Of a DNA stretch of 64,000 nt, positions 57,381 through 64,000 are shown in pieces. Both the position numbers and the translations under genes were made by a program. The DNA comes from Amoebophrya sp. A120 (taxonomy: Eukaryota > Protista > Dinoflagellata): NCBI GenBank assembly GCA_905178155.1, contig CAJINV010000007.1, positions 3,299,800 through 3,363,799 on the forward strand, in the 5' to 3' direction. The notes below the pieces were generated by a model, which worked only from the letters and a program-made list of their open reading frames with translations, was not told where the DNA came from and did no database searches. Position 1 is the stretch's first letter. Each line of letters begins with the position of its first letter.

Positions 57381-60300
57381 ATGCTCGTTCTGCCTGGACG
57401 CGGCTCGTCTTTCGCCCTGGCGGCCTGTGTGGCGTTCTCGTTCCTTATGCAGCATGAAGTTGTTGCCCGGACGAAAACAAAAAACTCTTCCTCCGCCGCC
57501 AGTTTGATACGCGCGAAAGCCCGAGCACACAGCAAAAGCGCGTCGCAGAAGAACAGGGAAAACCAAAAGGAAAAGAATCAAAACCAACAAAATAAGAGCC
57601 AGAACCCGAGCCCGCCGCCTCCTCCCAGCCACCGCCATAAAGTTGCGAAGCAGTACAAATTTCCCCACCGCTTTTCCCGCCCCAAGCCGCTCTACAAGGC
57701 GGCGAAGCGGCAAGCGGAGGTGAAGCAGGTGCAATTGCTTGAAGACCAGCGGGAAATCCCCCCGGAGCCGCCAAAGCGGAGACGCGCGGAATTTTTCGAG
57801 AAATTGCGACGACAGGAGGAGGAATGGCGGAAGAATGTGGACAAGAACGGGAAGCACTACTACCCGAAGTCCAAGAAGTTGGAAATGCAGCAAACCCTCG
57901 CGAAGGCGATTGCGGAAAAGAAAAAAAGCATCCCCAGCACGGAAACGATCGCGAAGCAGTTGATGTCGCCATCAACAGCGCCGAAGGCGGCGGCCGCGCC
58001 GAAGTCTCCTGCTGCTGCGTCAGAACTACAAACGAAGGTCGCTCTTGCGGCCACTCCGGCGGTAGAAGATGTCGGGATCAGTATGCTGAGCACAGGAAGG
58101 AAAGCGATCTCATCCGCATCCGCGGCGGCGATGAAATTATCGACGGAAGCTATTTCTAGCAGTGGGAAATCTGGTTTGGGTAGCAGTGCAAAAACAGCTT
58201 CTACTACTTCCTCATTGTCTTCGACGACAAGTAGCGAAACCGCTGCTGCCTCAAACATGCAGAATCAAAAGCGACAGGAGCAGTTGCGCAGCAGAGAATT
58301 ATCAAAGTCGAAAACAGAAACGGGGACTTCCTCGTCGAATAGCCAGACCACTGCAAAGAGTGCGTCGTCGTCTTCGTCTGTGGCAGAAAAGGCTACTTTG
58401 AAGAAAGCCCAAGCGGCGACTTCTGCGTCCGCTGCGACAGGGGCAAAGCTGCATTCGCTGCGAGCTAAAACCACTACGCTAACTCAGCAACGGCAAGAGC
58501 TGCAGCGGTTGGCCCAGAAAAAGAAAGCAGCCACTTCTACTGCTGCAGAAGAACTACAGAAGAGCGAAACCTCACTTGCTTCACAGCAAACTAGCCTTCG
58601 CACGACAACTTCAACGGAAACAAAACAAAATATCGATCGTGAAGCGTCCAAGTCGACTTCTCTTCGCCGGAGCTTGACCACGAGAGAGCAGAATGGGCAA
58701 CAGGGACTTGCCTACCGTGGCCGGACGATTGCGTCGAGCACCAGCAACTACAAAGGGACGATGAATCTCCGGCACCAACTAGCGCAAGCTCCAACAAAAA
58801 CGCCTGCTACGCCAGCGACTGCCGCAACTACACCCGCGGCTTCTACAACTGCTGCAACTACTGCACCAGCAGCCGCGGAAAAGGCGAAGATTCCCAAACC
58901 AACGATGCCCTACTCCGTCGCCACGGAGCCCGACGACACGCCGAAGTGGCTCGCCCACATGGCGATCCAGAACGCCATCACGGAAAACCAGAAGACGCAC
59001 ATGGTCGCGCAAGTCCAGCCTCTCTACACGGAGCCGAACTTGGAGACCGGGGAAATCGACCCGGTCTACGCCATCGCGGTCACGCCCGTGACCTACACAG
59101 TGGAATCCCGGATGGCGCAGCAAAAGAAAATGCAGGAGGAGCGGGCGAAGGCGGTCCGGGCGATGCAGGCCCCCTGCGCGGCTTGCGACGAGTACACGGG
59201 CGCGACAGGGAGCGCGAACGAGAAGACCGGGAACGACGACCTGTTGATCCCGAAGGTGGTGCCGGCGTCGGACGTGATTCCCCTGTCCGAACTCGGGGTT
59301 TACAAGGACACCCCGCCGGCGGTGACCCCGGTGCCGTCGATCGATCTGCTGACGTACCTGAACAAGATGGAGAACGTGCAGGACGGATTGAACGAGAAGA
59401 TGGACGTGCACGAGAAGAAGATGGACGTGACACGACAGCAAATCCGGAGCACGTCGACGATCATCGACCGGATTAGAAGGATGCTGACCGCGCCCGCGCC
59501 GAAACCAGCCAAGCCCGTCTTCAAAGAAGATCCGGAGAAATACACGACGGCAAGTATAGGATTAGGAACTGCACCGAATTATGATTGCTGCGGTTCTTAC
59601 TTATTTTTGTCTGCATTGGAGGTTGCAAGAATGAAGATTTTGTAATGAGCAGCTTGGATGGAGGATGACATGGTGTTGGTGACAAAGTTGCGCCCTCCAT
59701 GGTTCCAACATAATCTTAATCCGTGCTGTCATGATGCGGCAAGGAAATGAAATGCAAATTCAAATCGTGCAACATACGTGCAGGTTGTCTCGCAAGCGCC
59801 AGCGCGATCTGGCTTCCTGTCGCGGTGGACAAGGGCGAAGAAAAAGCGGCGCAGAAAACCGAGCTAAGCGTGTACCGCCCCCTGGAAACCGACGAAGTCT
59901 GCCGGTGCGGTTCGGTGAAAGTGGGCGGCTTGACCGGGTTGACCATGGAGCAGGCAACGGGGGACATGGAGCAGGTGGACCATTTCGGCTGCTTTTCGGA
60001 CGGGAAGGTCCTGCGGTGGATTCCGCCCTGGAATTTGCAGCCGAAGGTAAAAAAGCTGATGACGGAACGGAGCACGGTGGCAGGTATATCTATCATTCGT
60101 GTTTTTTTGCTGGATGCGCAAAAATTAAGATGGTGCAATTCATAAGTACACAGCATGAAACCAGGATAACGTCGAGGCTTAGTCGTGTCGCTTGTGTTGG
60201 TGGCGGGAAGAACTGTAGTAGCTTCGGCAAAATATTAAAGCAAATTTCAGATATGCTTTGCTCCGAAGTAGCGCCGGCCATGGGTTTCTGTGCGAAGGAA

Positions 60301-60384
60301 GCGACCATCGCGGGCAAGAAGTGCGACCCGATCTACGGTTGCAGGAGGGAAGATTGTTGCTTACCTGTTTCCAGATTCAGGTAA
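57381..60384 (+). CDS. Probably secreted Ser/Thr/Ala-rich protein with coiled coil and Cys-rich C-terminus
   Basis: Signal-like SFALAACVAFSFLMQHEVVA. Introns 59550-59743 (GC-AG) and 60084-60250 (GT-AG). Ends KKCDPIYGCRREDCC. A further 3' exon after 60524 cannot be excluded. Confidence 0.68.
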
Positions 60385-61650
60385 TAAAGAGATCTTTAGC
60401 ATGCACCTGAAGTGACTTGTCAATTCGAGGAGGAATTTTTTTTTGAAATCAAATGCACATGTACAACTCGTCCAGCAGCCAAAGTCACGGCATATATCAA
60501 CGTCCAGTCGATTTTTCCTCTCAGGTATACGAAACTAACACGAGAAAAATCATAAGGTCAAACCAACAAAGAAAGAGATGCGTACGAGCCAACCCAACCT
60601 TTTAAGGGCCGCAATATTAACGCTGCAAGACTACGAGCGATTCACATGAGAATACAGATTCAGATGGTGTACGATTCTAAGAACTGCAGTATGTGGGTTT
60701 TCGTTTCCAAGAAGATTTACTGACATAAGGAAGACGTTTCAGGAAAACAAAGGTAAAGCTTTCGGCGTTTGGAGCCGCGCTAGGGAGTCCTTTTTTGTGG
60801 TAGCGCGTTCTTCGTCGGATCGCAGTAACGAAGCTACTGCTCTTTGCATATGCGGCACTTACTTCTCTCTGCAAGTGTAGTGCCCACTCTCTCGGTGTAG
60901 CAAGCTCGTCTTCCAGATGTCGTCGGAACGTGATCAGGATTGACTTGGAACGTAAAACAAGTTTTTTTTCAAATTGCTTCACGCACCAAAAAAAGGCAAA
61001 CGATCGAAGATCGGTCCAGAAACCTCACTGATCTGATTGTTCTGTGGTGAAGCAACAAGAAAAATACTTAGTTAAATGAAGATCCAGCATGTTCCAGAGT
61101 TGATCTTGATGTACGAACACAAATAAATCGACGTAGCTGTTCTTGTACAAGTAGAAATAGCCCCCGTGGTCGAAAAATACAATTTTCTACTTGCCTTTTT
61201 AGAGAAGCTCCACGCTTATCGTATCATGTCTAAAAATCCTTCATTCTCTACTCTCTCGCTCTCGACGTCCTCGACAGCCATTCCGAAACTACAAACTAGA
61301 TGAACAACTCGAGAGCTTTCTCAGAGCTTGTGACTTTCGACTCTTCGATTTCCTTGTACAATTTCGTGTGAAGCTAACTTTAGAATTAGAGGGAGTCAGT
61401 ACATGCATGTTTGCTGACTTTCAAGTACCTAGTCACATACACATCAAAACAATACAACTTGTTTCTTTGCTCCCGATTACTTCACAAATTACAATTAGCC
61501 CGTGAAAAATACAAAATACCTTTACCTGGTGGTAGTACGAGTCGTAATCTGTCCTTCTACTACCTGGCATTCAACAAGAGCCGAGGTACTTATATCTGCC
61601 CGCGCACAACAAGGTTTTGTTCTCTATTATGTTTCGACCAGCGGTTAAAC

Positions 61651-63361
61651 ATGTCGAGCATGCTCGTTTCCTTTGTCTTTCTGGTCTGGATGCATGGCTG
61701 GCTGCCCAGAAGTCAACTTCTTCTCGTGGAAGCTGCTACAACATCGTCAGCCCCTGCTGCATCAACCCCTGCTACGAATAACACGCCTGTAGTAGAAGTT
61801 CGAAATTGTTGCCGGGAATTTTGTGCGTTGATATTACCACGCTGCCGTCCCGCAGCTCGTCAAGCGGAAGATGCACTTCTCGAACAAAGAACAACGACTT
61901 CCGCTGCGGCAGTAGTTTCGTCGGCCGCAGCTCCCCCGCGGCTAGCCCGTGAGCAACCTAGCGTGTCAACTGGGGTTCGGGGCCAATCCGGCGGAAGGCG
62001 AAGGGCAAGGGGAAGCCGGGAACGAGCGTCGGAAACGTCTCCTGTTCGACGCGACAGAAGCAGTTCGGCAACTACATCTTCGCATGTTGACTATGCTCAT
62101 ATTAAACGGTCTGCATCCCCAGCCCCAGCATCCCGGGCACCAAAGCTGCAAACCAAGCTAATGGAGGTGGAGCAACTCGCTGCTGACCTCGAGCGACGCA
62201 CGCAGCAACTCGCGACCGAAACGGGCGTCTCGGAGGCAGATATGGTTGCGAAGATCATCCCGTCCGGACTAACGTACGAGGAAGATGAGCTCAAGGTACT
62301 GCAAGAGGTTGAAGAAGAAGCGAGAAGGACTCCTGAAGATGCTACTGAACAGGATCAGAAACTCCCGGACTGGTTTTTCCAAGATCCACGTTTTGACGCA
62401 ATGAAACAGGCGTGCACGATAAACAGCAAGAAGGACTTCAAGATCGCTGATTTGTTGGGCGACTCTGAGTCTGATGTCGTCTTCTCGCAGACTGCAGAAA
62501 AAGTACATCGTCGTTCTGAGAAAGACTGGACCGCGAACGAGGATGATACGATGATGAGCCTCCCCTTATTCAAAAAACTGTGGCCGGTGGTACTGAAAGC
62601 TTTGCGCAACGCCGCCCAGTTTTTAAGCGAAAACAAAACGCGCTGGGGATGGGAAAGTGCTCGCTACAATGCGGCTGATCGGACGGAAGAAGAAGGTTTT
62701 GAGCCACGTATGGAGTTCTCGCTGCGACTACTAAAGAATATAAATTCCGAGATCGAATGGCATATCGACGGCCCTAGCGATTTTGTGTCGGCCAGGATTT
62801 CTATTCCATTGTTCGGCGCACCTACGAAAGCTGTGATGAGCAGCATAGCCCCGGCATGTAGAAATCATGATTACATCAAAGAGCGCGAGAAACTTTGGGC
62901 GGACCGTATCATAGCTCCTGAATCACCTCTCGAGGCCCTGGTATTTCACGCGGTCCGGATAATATGCAAGTGGACAATACCTTGACCGCTGTTCTTGTTT
63001 TCCTTTTCTCTGATATTTTGCCAAATCCTATCTGTCAGTGTTTGCGGACCGACAAGTAGCTTATAATGGCTCAAACAGTTGTAAGAGAGTCAGTCTGAGC
63101 TGCTGTGCGAGGAGTCGTTCTTTTTGTGGTAGAGCCTGCAGAAGTTTTGAAACTGGAGTGTCTGCTGCTGTATATGCCTTGCGAATCAGGGGGACGGCCA
63201 GCAGTTGTCCACTTGCATATAAGGGCGAGAGTAGAAACGGGAGCGGCACTTGGCACCGGGGGCCGACGATGGAGGAGTGTGGCGCTGTTTTGGACGATGT
63301 CACGCAAGAGTATATCGAGTACCTTCAGCCACGCCTGCTTCTCTTGATTTCGGTTTTATGA
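61651..63361 (+). CDS. Signal-peptide protein with a DUF1826-like 2OG-Fe(II) oxygenase-fold domain
   Basis: WHIDG..ARISIPLFGAPT (HxD motif), then across intron 62953-63223 FHAGESRNGSGTWHRGP...RLLLLIS. This resembles the DUF1826 pattern FHVD..RLLCTYxGxGT..KGE..HRSP..RLLLT as recalled. Confidence 0.65.
62953..63223 (+). mobile_element. GT-AG intron with a perfect 16-bp subterminal inverted repeat (second introner-like type)
   Basis: atatgcaagtggacaa (62962-62977) pairs with ttgtccacttgcatat (63205-63220), with weaker pairing inward. No clear 5-bp TSD. Confidence 0.7.
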
Positions 63362-63936
63362 GAGTGCATATACTTTCCCTCATCTCCCCCGGAGTTTTAG
63401 TTTCGTTTAAAGGCATGAGCAGCAACAGAAGAGAGGTCACAAATGCAGCCTTCGCACGACAAAACCCGCACGCACAGATAACTGCAAGTGAAAAACTGCT
63501 TGGGCATGGCGCTACGAAATTTCAAATTTGTCAGACAGGAAGTTCTTTAGGGCAATAGCCAACGATAAGGAAGCGCATTTCTTTCGTCTTTTCTTGCATG
63601 TAGACAAATGAGGGGGACGAGGGGGAGTTGTGCTTTCATCTCATGGACTTGAAGAACTAGGATCCACAATCTAGGATGACCGTGCAGCCGAGGCAAGAAA
63701 AAGCAGCGGGGGAAAGCTATCTGTTATGTCACTTCATCTACATCTCTTGTCTTCTTTTTATGCTGTCTTTCTTTTTCCTGTTGTTCTTGCGTATGATTTT
63801 CATTCGCTGTATAATGAACTACAACTAATGTCATATTGATCATCATCATGCTGCACAAACTAGAACTACAAGTCGGCAGGTTATGTCGCCACAGTGTGTC
63901 GATCAACGAGAATCAGGAAAGCGAGGGCCCGCGAAA

Positions 63937-64000
63937 CCGAGAAAGCCGAAAGGCCGAGAAAGAGCCGAAAGGCCGAGAAAGAGCCGAAAGGCCGAGAAAG
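63937..64000. repeat. 19-bp tandem repeat running off the window
   Basis: Unit gagccgaaaggccgagaaa with perfect copies at 63962 and 63981 and a near-complete copy at 63944. Confidence 0.9.

Noticed and set aside
1-64000. tRNA, rRNA or snRNA genes, or an autonomous transposase for the introners
   Set aside because: None was recognised by eye. An Infernal, tRNAscan or HMM search is needed to exclude them.

Overview
Eukaryotic, intron-containing genomic DNA in which about 16 predicted protein-coding genes all lie on the + strand. The one-strand layout, compact intergenic spaces, GC/GA donor use and invasive non-canonical introns suggest an alveolate, probably a parasitic dinoflagellate (Syndiniales, Amoebophrya-like). 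This assignment is inference from style, not a database result. Recognisable genes are a UBC6/UBE2J E2, a kinesin-14, a PAN/apple-domain secreted protein, a DUF1826-like 2OG-Fe(II) protein and a degenerate SixA-like histidine phosphatase. The main signal is seven MITE-like elements inserted in coding exons (20981, 21314, 24683, 25450, 31462, 34210, 36184). Each has TA(T/C)...ATA ends, terminal inverted repeats (TIRs), a 5-bp target duplication (TSD) and a shared internal GCAT(G/T)ACA motif. Removing each element plus one TSD copy restores the reading frame exactly. Five of the seven cannot be spliced with GT/GC/GA-AG ends, and one family occurs in both orientations. This points to a structure-guided, orientation-independent intron or excision system. 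One copy carries a nested poly(A)-tailed insertion with a 17-bp duplication. All exon structures were inferred by eye without transcript data.
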